A stretch of DNA of 64,000 nt from Candidatus Borrarchaeum weybense (lineage in GTDB: Archaea > Asgardarchaeota > Sifarchaeia > Borrarchaeales > Borrarchaeaceae). A program made the translations under genes and the position numbers. Below are positions 10,972 to 21,501 of the stretch, one piece after another (the stretch's first letter is position 1; the number at the start of each line of letters is the position of its first letter). A model generated the notes under the pieces. It was not told the origin of the DNA and searched no databases. It saw only the letters and a program-made list of their open reading frames with translations. Location: the NCBI GenBank assembly GCA_019057385.1, contig JAHQJS010000004.1, forward strand, positions 288,001 to 352,000, read 5' to 3'.

Positions 10972-12486
10972 TTGGAGGAAAAGGAAATGAGTTTTTTATT
11001 TGATCAAAACTTTACTAAAATGAAGGCACCTGAATTTCCTAAGTTTTTCGACTGGCTAAATACAGAAGAGGAGTTGTCTCTTGAAAAACTTAAAGGACAC
11101 GTCGTTGTTCTGGATTTCTGGACCTATTGTTGCATTAATTGTATGCATGCGCTCCCAGTCCTTGCAGAACTTGAGAAAAAATATGAACACAAGCCTGTTG
11201 TGTTCATTGGAGTGCATTCTGCCAAGTTTGAAAATGAGCAACTTACACAAAATATAGAGCTGGCCATTGCGCGCTATGAGATCTATCATCCAGTTGTTAC
11301 AGACGAGGAAATGACTATCTGGAGGAGTTATGGTGTTAATGCATGGCCTACTATCGTTATTGTAGACCCTAAAGGAGATATATTCTTTAGAAGATCTGGA
11401 GAGCCTCAAAAAGAGGCATTAGAAGACGTGATCGATATTCTCTTGGAGGAATATGCCAAGAAGGGAGTCCTCGCAAAAGAACCAATAGAAATTAAGTATA
11501 AACCTGTAGAGATCACATCAACACTAGCTTTTCCTGGGAAGATATCCATATCAGAGGATGGCAAGATCGCCTTAAGCGATTCTAACCACAATAGAATCCT
11601 TGTGACTGATCTTTCAGGGAAAATTGAACAGATCATCGGCAAAGGAGAGATTGGCTTCACGGATGGAGACTTTGAGACTGCTACTTTATTTAGACCGCAA
11701 GGTGTACTCTGGAAAGATGGAGATATTTTCGTTGCAGATACTGAAAACCATGCTTTGCGCAGAATAGATATGAAAAATCAAACAGTAATTACACTTGTAG
11801 GCACTGGAGAACAAGGTCCATGGCTTTCAGAAGGTGGGAAAGGCAGAGACATCGCCATTTCTTCCCCGTGGGATTTAGCCAGTAAAGATGATCTGATTTT
11901 CATTGCTATGGCTGGAAATCACCAAATTTGGGTGTACAATGTAGAAACTGAAATAGTTAGACGATTTGCGGGAAGTGGACGCGAGAATATAGTTGATGGA
12001 AAAAATCTTGAAGCACAGCTTGCGCAGCCAAGTGGGCTCTCGATATTCAGCAACAAATTGTACTTTGCAGATAGCGAGGTTTCAGCGATCAGAGAGGTAG
12101 ATCTTACACAAAAGCAGGTTAAAACAATAGTTGGTCAAGGGTTATTTGTATTTGGACATCAGGATGGCCCTGTAGACCAGGCACTATTTCAACATCCTCT
12201 AGGCGTCTTTGCAACCGTTAACAAGATTTATGTTGCGGATACTTATAACGGCGCTATCCGTGTAATTGACTTGATGACAAAAGAAGTTTCTAGTCTTATA
12301 GGAAAACCCGGAATGAAAACCGTTTGTAAGGTTGACGACCCTGACTGTGATAAATTAGGCTTATACGAGCCAAGCGATGTTGAATTATTTGATAATATGT
12401 TGTATATAACAGATACAAATAATCATCTTGTCAGGGTGTACGATCTGGAGAAAAATATTCTACAAACGCTTGATATTAGAGACTAG
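10972..12486 (+). CDS. thioredoxin-like + NHL-repeat protein (NHLRC2-like)
   Basis: DFWTYCCINC followed by NHL beta-propeller repeats. Confidence 0.9.
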   Translation: MEEKEMSFLFDQNFTKMKAPEFPKFFDWLNTEEELSLEKLKGHVVVLDFWTYCCINCMHALPVLAELEKKYEHKPVVFIGVHSAKFENEQLTQNIELAIARYEIYHPVVTDEEMTIWRSYGVNAWPTIVIVDPKGDIFFRRSGEPQKEALEDVIDILLEEYAKKGVLAKEPIEIKYKPVEITSTLAFPGKISISEDGKIALSDSNHNRILVTDLSGKIEQIIGKGEIGFTDGDFETATLFRPQGVLWKDGDIFVADTENHALRRIDMKNQTVITLVGTGEQGPWLSEGGKGRDIAISSPWDLASKDDLIFIAMAGNHQIWVYNVETEIVRRFAGSGRENIVDGKNLEAQLAQPSGLSIFSNKLYFADSEVSAIREVDLTQKQVKTIVGQGLFVFGHQDGPVDQALFQHPLGVFATVNKIYVADTYNGAIRVIDLMTKEVSSLIGKPGMKTVCKVDDPDCDKLGLYEPSDVELFDNMLYITDTNNHLVRVYDLEKNILQTLDIRD

Positions 12487-12546
12487 AGCAAATTTTTTTG
12501 TTAGATTTACTTTTTTATTTTTTTCTTTTTTTGAGTTTTATTCTCG

Positions 12547-13119
12547 TTACGTATTAGAAGCGGTTATTTCATAGTCTGAAGCTACATCTTCCAAAATAGT
12601 ATTCTTGAACCTAGTTCCATCTAAGATTGCACCACGAAGATCAGAACCTGTTAAATCTACATCTTCCATGTCGGTGTTAGTGAGATTAGCCTTACTTAAG
12701 TCACAATTAATCATTTTGGATCTGGAAAAATCAGCATTAGAAAAGTCTACTCCTTCAAAATTTGATCCTGAATAATCTGAATCTGTACTAAGACTACCAG
12801 TTAAATCGGTATTTCTTAAGTTTTGATTCCTGCAAAGGACTCCAACAAGATCTGCATAAGTGAGTGACGTATTCTCTAGATTTAGTTTTTCTAGGTTTGT
12901 ATGGCTTAGTTTGAGTTGTTCACCTTCAGAACCTTTGGCACCCACGTAAACTCCAAATATTGAACCTTCTTTCATGCCACCTTTAGTCACAAAAGTCTCC
13001 CATCTGCCACCTGAGTTTATAAATTTATGATGCTTTTCAAGTTCTATATCAAATTCTTCTTGAGTCATTGGTTCAGCTGATTCCCGTAAATGTACCATCA
13101 TTTCGTATATTCTTGCCAA
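12547..13119 (-). CDS. pentapeptide-repeat protein
   Basis: A(D/N)LS-type 5-residue repeats in the C-terminal half. Confidence 0.85.
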   Translation of the reverse strand: MARIYEMMVHLRESAEPMTQEEFDIELEKHHKFINSGGRWETFVTKGGMKEGSIFGVYVGAKGSEGEQLKLSHTNLEKLNLENTSLTYADLVGVLCRNQNLRNTDLTGSLSTDSDYSGSNFEGVDFSNADFSRSKMINCDLSKANLTNTDMEDVDLTGSDLRGAILDGTRFKNTILEDVASDYEITASNT

Positions 13120-13247
13120 GTGAAAGACCTCACCAAGCGGAAATAAACTTCCCGCCGTCTAATGTGGATGTATTTATTATTATTGCCATCCTAATAAACC
13201 TTCAAGAATTATTTATAACTAAAAGAAAAAACCTCTGAAAATTAGGA

Positions 13248-14567
13248 GTGAAGGATTTGTTTTCAATAAGCGAGGCGTCCAGAAAAGGAGTAACTATGGA
13301 TAAACATGCACCTACGATCGAAAATCAATTATTAACTGAGACATTGCTATTCGATAACGTGTTGCTAGCATCACCTCACCTAACATTCGATTTTGTTTAT
13401 AAACGCATCTTACTTTTTGAAAACGAATTGTTTTTGTTTTTAATAGATACTGATGTGACCAAAACTGAGGAGTATCTCGATAGGTTGTACAATAGAACAA
13501 TAGAGGAAGAATTCCCTGAATACCCCTATCTCTCAGCACTTGAAAATGCTGCCTTTACTATGATGAGCCGAAGTGAATCAATAGCTCGGTATGCCAGCGA
13601 GTTTTATGGAATAGATAGTGCAAAAATCGGTGCATTAGAAAAATATGAAGGGATGTTGAAGTTTTATAAGATGCTTTCACCTCAGATCATAAATCGCCAA
13701 TATTCGCTTAAAGATTTACGTGATGCTTATTCGGACAACCCTTTCAAGGATAGAGAGAAGGTATTTGATATCGTTAAAGCACTTTTCGAACGAAATGAAG
13801 TAGAGTTTGAAAAGTTTTGGATGTTAGTCCCGGAGGATGAGAAAGAATTATCGTTTCGGACCATAAATAGAGCCCCTTTGATTTACGATGCTTGTTTTTT
13901 GCGAAAGAACAATAATGTCTTTCCAGTGATTAGTTGTTTCGAGGAAGCGCAAGACCTTAATCCACTATTTTTCGCAAATCTTAAAGAAGTAGAAACCATC
14001 CGTGAATACTTGAAAATCGTAAAAGAAGATAAAACGTGTAAAGAACTAATAGACGCTGGAATTGAAAAGGAAATTTCTACAATATTGAATTTTGAACTTG
14101 TCATACCACCTATTGAACTTGAAAATGATCAGATCTTGAAAATACGAAAGGCAAAGGAAATAGAAACTTTACGAACATCTTTAGCAGATCTTACAAAAAA
14201 CATTGAAACAGGAGAGTTCGAAAAGGCTTGTGCAATAAAAAAGGAACTTATCGAATCGGAATTGCCTGATAGCGTATCAACTATTATATTGGACTCCGTA
14301 AGAGAATTAACTAAATCAACCATTGAGACAATGAAAGTTTCTTATGGATGCACATTGGTTATTCCTCTAATGCTATTTCAGGGTCTCGAACGAGAGAAAA
14401 TCAGCTTAATACTAAATAAAGAGACAAATGAATACTTACGTAGTCACCCACATTTTTATGTTCAAGAGCATCGAGATGAATACAAGAGTTTTGGAATTCG
14501 ATCACTTCAGCTGTTGTTTGAGTCAGATAGCGGCACTGATTTTCATTTCTTCTTTTATAATTCCTGA
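13248..14567 (+). CDS. hypothetical protein
   Basis: 439 aa ORF, acidic, no recognised motif. Confidence 0.6.
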   Translation: MKDLFSISEASRKGVTMDKHAPTIENQLLTETLLFDNVLLASPHLTFDFVYKRILLFENELFLFLIDTDVTKTEEYLDRLYNRTIEEEFPEYPYLSALENAAFTMMSRSESIARYASEFYGIDSAKIGALEKYEGMLKFYKMLSPQIINRQYSLKDLRDAYSDNPFKDREKVFDIVKALFERNEVEFEKFWMLVPEDEKELSFRTINRAPLIYDACFLRKNNNVFPVISCFEEAQDLNPLFFANLKEVETIREYLKIVKEDKTCKELIDAGIEKEISTILNFELVIPPIELENDQILKIRKAKEIETLRTSLADLTKNIETGEFEKACAIKKELIESELPDSVSTIILDSVRELTKSTIETMKVSYGCTLVIPLMLFQGLEREKISLILNKETNEYLRSHPHFYVQEHRDEYKSFGIRSLQLLFESDSGTDFHFFFYNS

Positions 14568-14582
14568 ACGTTGTCGACGTGT

Positions 14583-15482
14583 TTACAAAGAGAGGTGATC
14601 TTTACAGATTTTCTCAGAAACAACCAGATAATTGACTTCATTTGCTTTCTTAAAGCGCTGTGAGTGTCTAAATGAACTTTTTCCAAATAGATCGTGAAGG
14701 TAGAACCTGTCGACTGGGGTGTCTTCTAATTTCCTAAAAGTTTCCCAAAGATTTGATAAAAAACTAATTGCTTCAATTTTGGATATTTCAGGATCTAACA
14801 TTTCTTTTTCGATCATATCTTCAGTAATTTGACTCACAGAAATTGAATTCTCAATCCTGAGATTTGCCGCAAATGAAGGAAATTCTTGTCTTGACTCTTC
14901 AAACATCTCATTTAAAATATCAAGACAATATCCGATGTTTTCATTTCTAGAGGCTAGCAGTAGAATATAGCCTTTTAAGTGTAGCCATGCAGCCTTGTCT
15001 CCTATAGTTTCCAAAATATTCTCAGGAAGATCGCCTTCAAATTTCATCTGAATAGTACTAAATCTTTCCTTAAGTTCGTCGATTTGATTCAAAATCTGCC
15101 CTTCTGCTGCGAGTGTCTTTAGATCTACATCAGGGAGTGATCTAATATATAATAACCTTTGAAATAGCCCTCGATATTCCTTTAACATCGATATAATTTG
15201 AGGTTCAGATGTTTCTATTACTCTTGACTTGATATTCCTTTCAATAGTTGTGAGGCTCATATTTTCTGCCATAAAATACATGTGTGATTCTGGCGGTACA
15301 TGATTTGGTCCAAAAAATGCATGATCTTCTCTTTTGAGGATGTCTCCCATAGTAACATCCTTATACTTGTCAGTATAGTTCCAAATTCTCCATGCTCTAG
15401 TTTCCTTTGGTTCATTTCCAGCTTTGATTGTAAACAATGTTAATTTAGGAAGTAAATTAGTTAGCTCTGTAAGCTTGTACAT
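14583..15482 (-). CDS. hypothetical protein
   Basis: 299 aa ORF, no recognised motif. Confidence 0.6.
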   Translation of the reverse strand: MYKLTELTNLLPKLTLFTIKAGNEPKETRAWRIWNYTDKYKDVTMGDILKREDHAFFGPNHVPPESHMYFMAENMSLTTIERNIKSRVIETSEPQIISMLKEYRGLFQRLLYIRSLPDVDLKTLAAEGQILNQIDELKERFSTIQMKFEGDLPENILETIGDKAAWLHLKGYILLLASRNENIGYCLDILNEMFEESRQEFPSFAANLRIENSISVSQITEDMIEKEMLDPEISKIEAISFLSNLWETFRKLEDTPVDRFYLHDLFGKSSFRHSQRFKKANEVNYLVVSEKICKDHLSL

Positions 15483-15772
15483 GTCAGTTCCCTCTTCGTG
15501 AAAGAAATACAGTTTGTTATAATATTTTAAATTGATTTTTTAATTAATAGGATAATCTTCTACACAAGTGAAAAGAAAAACACAGATTTTACACAAAACT
15601 AGAACTAAAGCAATTGAAAGCAATATGAAAATGCAGGTACACATAAGTATACAATTGTATACCAAAGAAAGCAAAATGATGGAAACATCTTGAACTAATG
15701 TCAAAAACAAAATTGTTAAAGTTTAATTGATTGTGTAGATATTCCTAGATGATTTGATAAGAGGAACTTATA

Positions 15773-16198
15773 ATGTCGGTAGAAGAGCATCTTGAAAAAG
15801 GATATGAATATTTCAATCAAAATCAGTACAAAAAAGCTATCGAAGAATATGAAATGGTTCTTGAGATCCAACCTGAATATGCGGATGCGTGGTATTTCTT
15901 GGGTAAAACCTATGGAAGGTTAACCGAGTATGAAAAAGCAATAGAATGCTATCAAAGAGCAATCGAGATTGATCCTGATCTTGATGAAACATGGCTGTTC
16001 ATGGGATGGGCTTATTATAAACTAGATAGTCTTGAAAAAGCAATTGAGTGTTTTAAACTCGCAGTGAAAATTAATCCTAAATTAACCATAGCATGGTACA
16101 ATCTAGGACTTGTTTATGATACATTGCACGATCACGAAAAGGCAGTTGAATATTATAACAAGGCAGAAGAACTAACTTCTTCTGCTGATTCCAATTGA
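15773..16198 (+). CDS. TPR repeat protein
   Basis: 34-aa repeats of the AW..LG..Y......A...Y type. Confidence 0.9.
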   Translation: MSVEEHLEKGYEYFNQNQYKKAIEEYEMVLEIQPEYADAWYFLGKTYGRLTEYEKAIECYQRAIEIDPDLDETWLFMGWAYYKLDSLEKAIECFKLAVKINPKLTIAWYNLGLVYDTLHDHEKAVEYYNKAEELTSSADSN

Positions 16199-16259
16199 GT
16201 TAAAAGAAATAACAGTCGTTTAAATCTAAGTTAGCAATGAGTTTTCGTTGCAAAATCAT

Positions 16260-16535
16260 TTAAATCTCTTTTTCAGAATTTAATTCTTTTCTTTCGTAAA
16301 TCTGATAGTGCATGGCAAAAATAAGAATTAAGCAGAGTAAAATCCCTACTAATATCCAGAACCAAATACCATCATAAAATGGAATCAACACATTCCAAAA
16401 TCTTGCTGGTTCAGGAAAATACAATAGTCTGAAAGTAGCTGGAATGTGCCAGTAGACATAATTAACGATTAAAAGGATTGATAAAACAGTAATCAAGACT
16501 ATCCAAAGGTTTAATGACCTTAACAGATCTCTCAT
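16260..16535 (-). CDS. small membrane protein
   Basis: two hydrophobic segments. Confidence 0.5.
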   Translation of the reverse strand: MRDLLRSLNLWIVLITVLSILLIVNYVYWHIPATFRLLYFPEPARFWNVLIPFYDGIWFWILVGILLCLILIFAMHYQIYERKELNSEKEI

Positions 16536-16539
16536 AAAC

Positions 16540-16779
16540 TTACACTTTTAAATCTTTATTTATAACCTCGAAAACCTCATCCCATAACTCTAAACTTTCA
16601 ACTGCTTCTTTTTTACTCAGTTTACTGATGGCATATCCTGTATGTACTATGACATAATCCCCTACATTGACATCTTTAATCAAGGTAACGATTATCTTGC
16701 GCCTAACGCCGCCAAAATCGGCGATAGCATAATCATTATCCTCTAGTTCAATAATTTCTGCTGGAATAGCTAAGCACAT
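16540..16779 (-). CDS. hypC: hydrogenase maturation chaperone HypC
   Basis: MCLAIPA start and VGDYVIVHTGYAI. Confidence 0.93.
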   Translation of the reverse strand: MCLAIPAEIIELEDNDYAIADFGGVRRKIIVTLIKDVNVGDYVIVHTGYAISKLSKKEAVESLELWDEVFEVINKDLKV

Positions 16780-16926
16780 TCGATCACAACCTTTTGACAC
16801 CAAGCCGTCAATTTTCAATGTTTCACTCGTCCTATTAAGGCTTATGTTTTAGGCTACATCTTTTGTACGTTGGGAAAAATCTAAAAAACGAGGATTAGTT
16901 TGCATCTAATTATTTGAGGACTAATA

Positions 16927-17421
16927 ATGATTCGCATTTTAACTTCTTCAGATAATAAAACTATTTTTGGAGTGATAAATGATGCAGCGCAAGCATATGA
17001 AGGAATAATTCCCGCTGATAGATGGAAAGAACCATACATGCCAATGGAAGAACTAAAGGAAGAAGTTGACGCGGGTGTAAAATTCTTCGGTTGGGAAGAA
17101 GGCGACGTCTTAATTGGAGTAATGGGATTTCAACCCATTAAAGATACTACTTTGATTAGACATGCTTACGTACTTACAAAATACCAAAAGCGAGGAATTG
17201 GCAGGAAACTTCTCTCATATTTGATGAGTTTGGCGAAGACTCCTGAAATTTTAGTAGGAACTTGGGAGGATGCAACTTGGGCAATTCAATTCTATGAGAA
17301 ATATGGGTTCAAGTTAGTGGCACCTAAAGAAAAGGACAGACTTCTTCGTAAATATTGGAATATTCCCGAAAGACAAATTGAAACATCAGTTGTATTGAAG
17401 TTTGAAAGATCATCTGTATAG
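16927..17421 (+). CDS. GNAT N-acetyltransferase
   Basis: YQKRGIG acetyl-CoA motif; FYEKYGF. Confidence 0.88.
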   Translation: MIRILTSSDNKTIFGVINDAAQAYEGIIPADRWKEPYMPMEELKEEVDAGVKFFGWEEGDVLIGVMGFQPIKDTTLIRHAYVLTKYQKRGIGRKLLSYLMSLAKTPEILVGTWEDATWAIQFYEKYGFKLVAPKEKDRLLRKYWNIPERQIETSVVLKFERSSV

Positions 17422-17470
17422 TTGAAAAACTAAGAAAAGGCAATTTAAAGATTATACAAGGGGAAAAAGA

Positions 17471-18142
17471 ATGTCAAAGGAGATAGAAATTGAGATATAT
17501 GCAGAACAACTTCGAAAAACATTCCTCAAATATACAAGGAAGGCTTTTGAAATATTACCAAAGATAAATAACCCCCGAATTCTTGATATTGGCTGTGGTT
17601 CGGGAATTCCAACTTTAGAATTGGCAAGATTAAGCAATGGTGAGATAATTGGAATAGATATTGATCAAAGTGCTTTGGATGAATTAAAGGAGAAGGCAAG
17701 AAAATTGGGTTTATCTAGCCGTGTTAAAACTATAAATTGTTCATTATTTGAACTTGATTTTGAAAGTGAGAGCTTTGATATAATATGGGCAGAAGGCGCA
17801 CTCGCTCCTATCGGCTTTGAAAGAGCGTTAAAGGAATGGAGGAGACTGCTTAAGATTAAGGGTTTCATTGTGGTTCATGATGATGTGCAAAATAAGGAAA
17901 GAAAACTAAGAATTATTCCAAAATATGGCTATGTACTCATAAATCATTTTCACTTACCTGATGATGTGTGGTGGACTGAGTATTATGAACCCTTAGAAAA
18001 ACGAATACATGAGGTTCGTAACAAACATAAGGACGATCAAAAGGTACCTGAGGTAGTTAAAAGCTATCAAAATGAAATTGACGCATATAAGAAAAATCCT
18101 AAGGCTTTCCGATCCATTTTTTATATCATGCAATTGCGCTAG
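17471..18142 (+). CDS. class I SAM-dependent methyltransferase (last codons replaced by inserted DNA)
   Basis: ILDIGCGSG, FDIIWAEG; the alternative ending IMQKTN* lies at 18293-18313. Confidence 0.88.
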   Translation: MSKEIEIEIYAEQLRKTFLKYTRKAFEILPKINNPRILDIGCGSGIPTLELARLSNGEIIGIDIDQSALDELKEKARKLGLSSRVKTINCSLFELDFESESFDIIWAEGALAPIGFERALKEWRRLLKIKGFIVVHDDVQNKERKLRIIPKYGYVLINHFHLPDDVWWTEYYEPLEKRIHEVRNKHKDDQKVPEVVKSYQNEIDAYKKNPKAFRSIFYIMQLR

Positions 18143-18292
18143 GTTTAGATGGTTTAGAGTGATAAAGTCTATAAGTACCTACGGGGCGTAGGGATTTTAA
18201 GCCTGTGGAGATAAGACCTCCGTAACCCGCCAAGGGGATCGAGTCTGTCGCAGAAGCAGGAAGCCTCAAGGCTTTAGCACGAGGTAGCTCAC
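18134..18292 (+). mobile_element. IS200/IS605 (TnpB) right-end / omega-RNA remnant
   Basis: TnpB-like tail IALGLDGLE*, then GTACCTACGGGGCGTAGGG...GCCTGTGGAG...GAAGCAGGAAGCCTC...GAGGTAGCTCAC ending in TCAC; flanked by ATCATGCAA repeats at 18125-18133 and 18293-18301. Confidence 0.75.
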
Positions 18293-18417
18293 ATCATGCA
18301 AAAAACAAATTAATCTTAGAGGTTTTAGTTGGTCAACTAATCTCTAAGATTATTTAATCTATTTAAATGCATTAAACCATTTAGCTGACAGAAGTTAAAT
18401 CAAATTTCTCTATTATC

Positions 18418-19158
18418 CTAATTTTGCATTATGTAGAAAACAATCCCGTAGTATTTAAAACCATATTTTCTGAAATAATCTATTTCGTTTTGGTTCATAT
18501 CTAATTCTCTCTTAAATTTGTTCCCATATTTTTCCCGTAAAGTTAGAATCTTTTTTTCTAGTGGAGAACAGCAATTATCCCACCAATCAGACTCTGGAAG
18601 CGTAAAACTACTTATTAATTTGTATCCCTGTTTTTCGATAATTTTGAGAATTTCATTATGGGATTTAATAGATGGGTATACTTTTTCCCAATACTTCTTT
18701 GCGTCAACTGGAGGGTTGTCTTTCAGTTTTGCGATAATAGAAACTACCAAAAACCCACCTTTTTTTAGAAAAAAACGCCATTCTTTGAGTGCTTTTTCAA
18801 AGCCGACGATAAATATACTATTTTCCGACCATATCACGTCAAAACTGTTTTCTTCAAAATCCATGGAAAACATTGACTTGTTGATGGTCTGGATGTTATC
18901 TGCAACACCCTGTGCCGCAGCGTTATTTCTTAGTATATCAAGAAAAGTTTGGTTAATGTCTAATGCAACTACTTTGGCAGACATTTTTGCGAGTTCGATA
19001 CTCGACATACCTGTGCCGCAGCCTACATCTAAAATAGTAGGCTCAGGAGGTAAGCCTTTTAACATTGAAAGCGCCTTTTTTGTGGTTTCAGCCTTTCCAA
19101 GCTTAGGAATGTCCTTATAAAGTTCAGCAAGAAAATCGCTTTCATACTCTTGAGACAT
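18418..19158 (-). CDS. class I SAM-dependent methyltransferase, paralog of 17471-18142
   Basis: ILDVGCGTG, FDVIWSE, shared C-terminus FYIMQ. Confidence 0.88.
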   Translation of the reverse strand: MSQEYESDFLAELYKDIPKLGKAETTKKALSMLKGLPPEPTILDVGCGTGMSSIELAKMSAKVVALDINQTFLDILRNNAAAQGVADNIQTINKSMFSMDFEENSFDVIWSENSIFIVGFEKALKEWRFFLKKGGFLVVSIIAKLKDNPPVDAKKYWEKVYPSIKSHNEILKIIEKQGYKLISSFTLPESDWWDNCCSPLEKKILTLREKYGNKFKRELDMNQNEIDYFRKYGFKYYGIVFYIMQN

Positions 19159-19858
19159 GATTAGTAGATAGGTGTTTTTGGCTTAAATATTTGATTACTT
19201 TCTGATAAACGATTGCGGGAAGAGATCTAAACGTTATTTCCTTTGTAGTAATTCCTAAAATGTGCATTCTTTCATAGATTTTCTGTGCAACTTCATTCAT
19301 ATCGGTTCCCCATGCTTCCAGCTCTCCCAAATAACCGACACTTTGACCTTGAGAGTAAATGTTCTCGAGAGCAATAACAAACTCTCCTATTGATTTGTTT
19401 TTGATTTTGTACAATTCACCGTTCCTTTTTTCAACGATAAACCATTCTTCGAATTCCCAATCTTTTAATAATTCTTCTGCGTATCTTTTCTCACCACGGA
19501 ATAACTCCAATTTACCTTGTGGATAGACTGTTCTCTTATATTGAAGGTCATTCCATTCAAGAATCTCTGTTTTTGAAAAAAGAATTTGTGAATATATCTC
19601 AGGATGACTCCAGGCTCGAAGTCTCATGGTTTTTCGACTTGGATCCCAGTCTTCTATTGATCCTTTTCTAGGCTTGTAGCAGTGATCATTGAAACGATAA
19701 GAAAGAACGGATTCTGCGTTGAGATTTTTTAGTTTTTTACGAAAAGCAGTGATATCCTTTACAAAAATTCTGACTTCAGATTCAAAATTTTTTGATATAC
19801 TTTGATTCACATTAAATTTCTCCTTTAGAGCTAAAAACGTGACTTGCAAAAAGCACAC
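19142..19858 (-). CDS. CYTH-like domain protein
   Basis: N-terminal ESEVR (ExExK-like), D..Y, MRLR, ELE; start codon uncertain. Confidence 0.55.
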   Translation of the reverse strand: MCFLQVTFLALKEKFNVNQSISKNFESEVRIFVKDITAFRKKLKNLNAESVLSYRFNDHCYKPRKGSIEDWDPSRKTMRLRAWSHPEIYSQILFSKTEILEWNDLQYKRTVYPQGKLELFRGEKRYAEELLKDWEFEEWFIVEKRNGELYKIKNKSIGEFVIALENIYSQGQSVGYLGELEAWGTDMNEVAQKIYERMHILGITTKEITFRSLPAIVYQKVIKYLSQKHLSTNHVSRV

Positions 19859-20132
19859 TGGCTTACTTTATCTTACTATCTTTAGTTTTTAAGGTTTTTA
19901 AACTCAAAACAACAAAGAACTTCTGATACTAATGAATAACTTCCAATTCTATTTGCCTGCAAGCCCACTGTAGTATTTAGGTTTAATTAACGGCTCATGC
20001 TGCACTCTGTCTTCGTGGGCGATAGTACCTGGCGTATCACCGGATACAATAATTAAATGATAAATTTTTTTAATTAAGACCACGAAAAAAGAAAAAAGAG
20101 TATGGCTTCCTTTGCAGTTTTACAGTTTTTTG

Positions 20133-20852
20133 TTATGAAATCTCTTTTATCATTTCGATGCAGATATAGACGATGGCATGTAAAATTTCTATTAGGGTAA
20201 GCGTCCAATCCAATCCGTTCCATAGTCTTTCAAACGTGAATTTTTGAGGTGGAATTTTTCTTTTCCTATCAAAGAATACTACCCACACATTCATGTCTTG
20301 CACTACAATAAAATAGTCGCTGTGTGCTATACAGTTCCTAATCAAGCGAAAGAGTTGGTTTCCTGCGGTTAATTCTTCAAAAATAGTTTTTATCGCAGGG
20401 TAATTATCTGCATAAGCTAATCCCTTTGTAATGAGATTACTAAGAAATTCCTGAGTGGATTCTGCCCAAGTTACCTTAATGCCCTCATCTATTCCTAAGA
20501 GAAACGTAATCACTGAGAGTTGTCTTTTAAGAGGACCTTCGATCTCTTGCAAAAAAATAGGAAGAAAAATATCTAAGAAATTCCGTTTATTGAAAGTTAA
20601 GCCATCAATCTTTTTTCCAAAACTTGTATCCCATAATTTTAAAAACTCCCTATACGTCTCTGACCTAGAAATAAAGTAAAGCAAAGTCTTAACGGATTCA
20701 TCCTGCGGTATGAAGTTAATTTCGTTGAAATTCTTTTTTATGCAATTTTCAAATAATCTCACCATGTCATCTACTATTGGTTTTGAGTCAGGATGTTTTT
20801 CTACAATTTTATCTTTAATCTTGTTTTTATCAATAAACTCTGGCAAAATCAA
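20133..20852 (-). CDS. hypothetical protein with HEPN-like R-X4-H motif
   Basis: helical protein with IRNCIAHS near the C-terminus. Confidence 0.55.
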   Translation of the reverse strand: MILPEFIDKNKIKDKIVEKHPDSKPIVDDMVRLFENCIKKNFNEINFIPQDESVKTLLYFISRSETYREFLKLWDTSFGKKIDGLTFNKRNFLDIFLPIFLQEIEGPLKRQLSVITFLLGIDEGIKVTWAESTQEFLSNLITKGLAYADNYPAIKTIFEELTAGNQLFRLIRNCIAHSDYFIVVQDMNVWVVFFDRKRKIPPQKFTFERLWNGLDWTLTLIEILHAIVYICIEMIKEIS

Positions 20853-21039
20853 TACACATCCGAGATCAATAATTCAGATCAATGAAATGTTATTAACCTC
20901 TAATTTTTAATTTTCTAAATTTCTTCATAGTAAATTCTGTTACTGTTTTTGCTCTAAGATAGGAGTTATTATTATTGATCGATGAGGGAAAAATACATAT
21001 ACTACATAATACATATTATTAAGTATATAGGGGTATTAC

Positions 21040-21357
21040 ATGACAAACCTCAAGAATGAACTAAAAATACCTCCTGAAGATACAAATCTTCAGGAGGAGT
21101 GGAAAATAAGAATACACAAAGAAGGCACAAAAGGGCTGACAATTGCTAGTATAAAACAAGGAACATGGCTCACAAAAAAACTATGGTCGGAGTGGGGTTG
21201 GAAAGAGGTTTTATCAAAAGTAGGAATAACTTGGCAGAAATTCATGGAAGCATGGTCTTATTGCAGTCATAATTTTGTGTATTGGGCGAAAGGGAATTTC
21301 AGTTGGCAATCTGCTGTGAATCGCTTGATAGAGGAACTTGAAATGGTGATCAAATGA
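21040..21357 (+). CDS. hypothetical Trp-rich protein
   Basis: 105 aa ORF with an upstream AT-rich promoter-like region. Confidence 0.5.
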   Translation: MTNLKNELKIPPEDTNLQEEWKIRIHKEGTKGLTIASIKQGTWLTKKLWSEWGWKEVLSKVGITWQKFMEAWSYCSHNFVYWAKGNFSWQSAVNRLIEELEMVIK

Positions 21358-21501
21358 ATTTCAAGAAAATTTGAAATTAAAAGAGCGCTCAATTGTTTTT
21401 GGGCTGATATAAATATGCACAAAAATACAATTTATGCCATAAAATTGCTGAAAAGTGACGATAGTTGTCGTACAAGTGTAAAAAGAGTTAGGTGAATTAA
21501 A

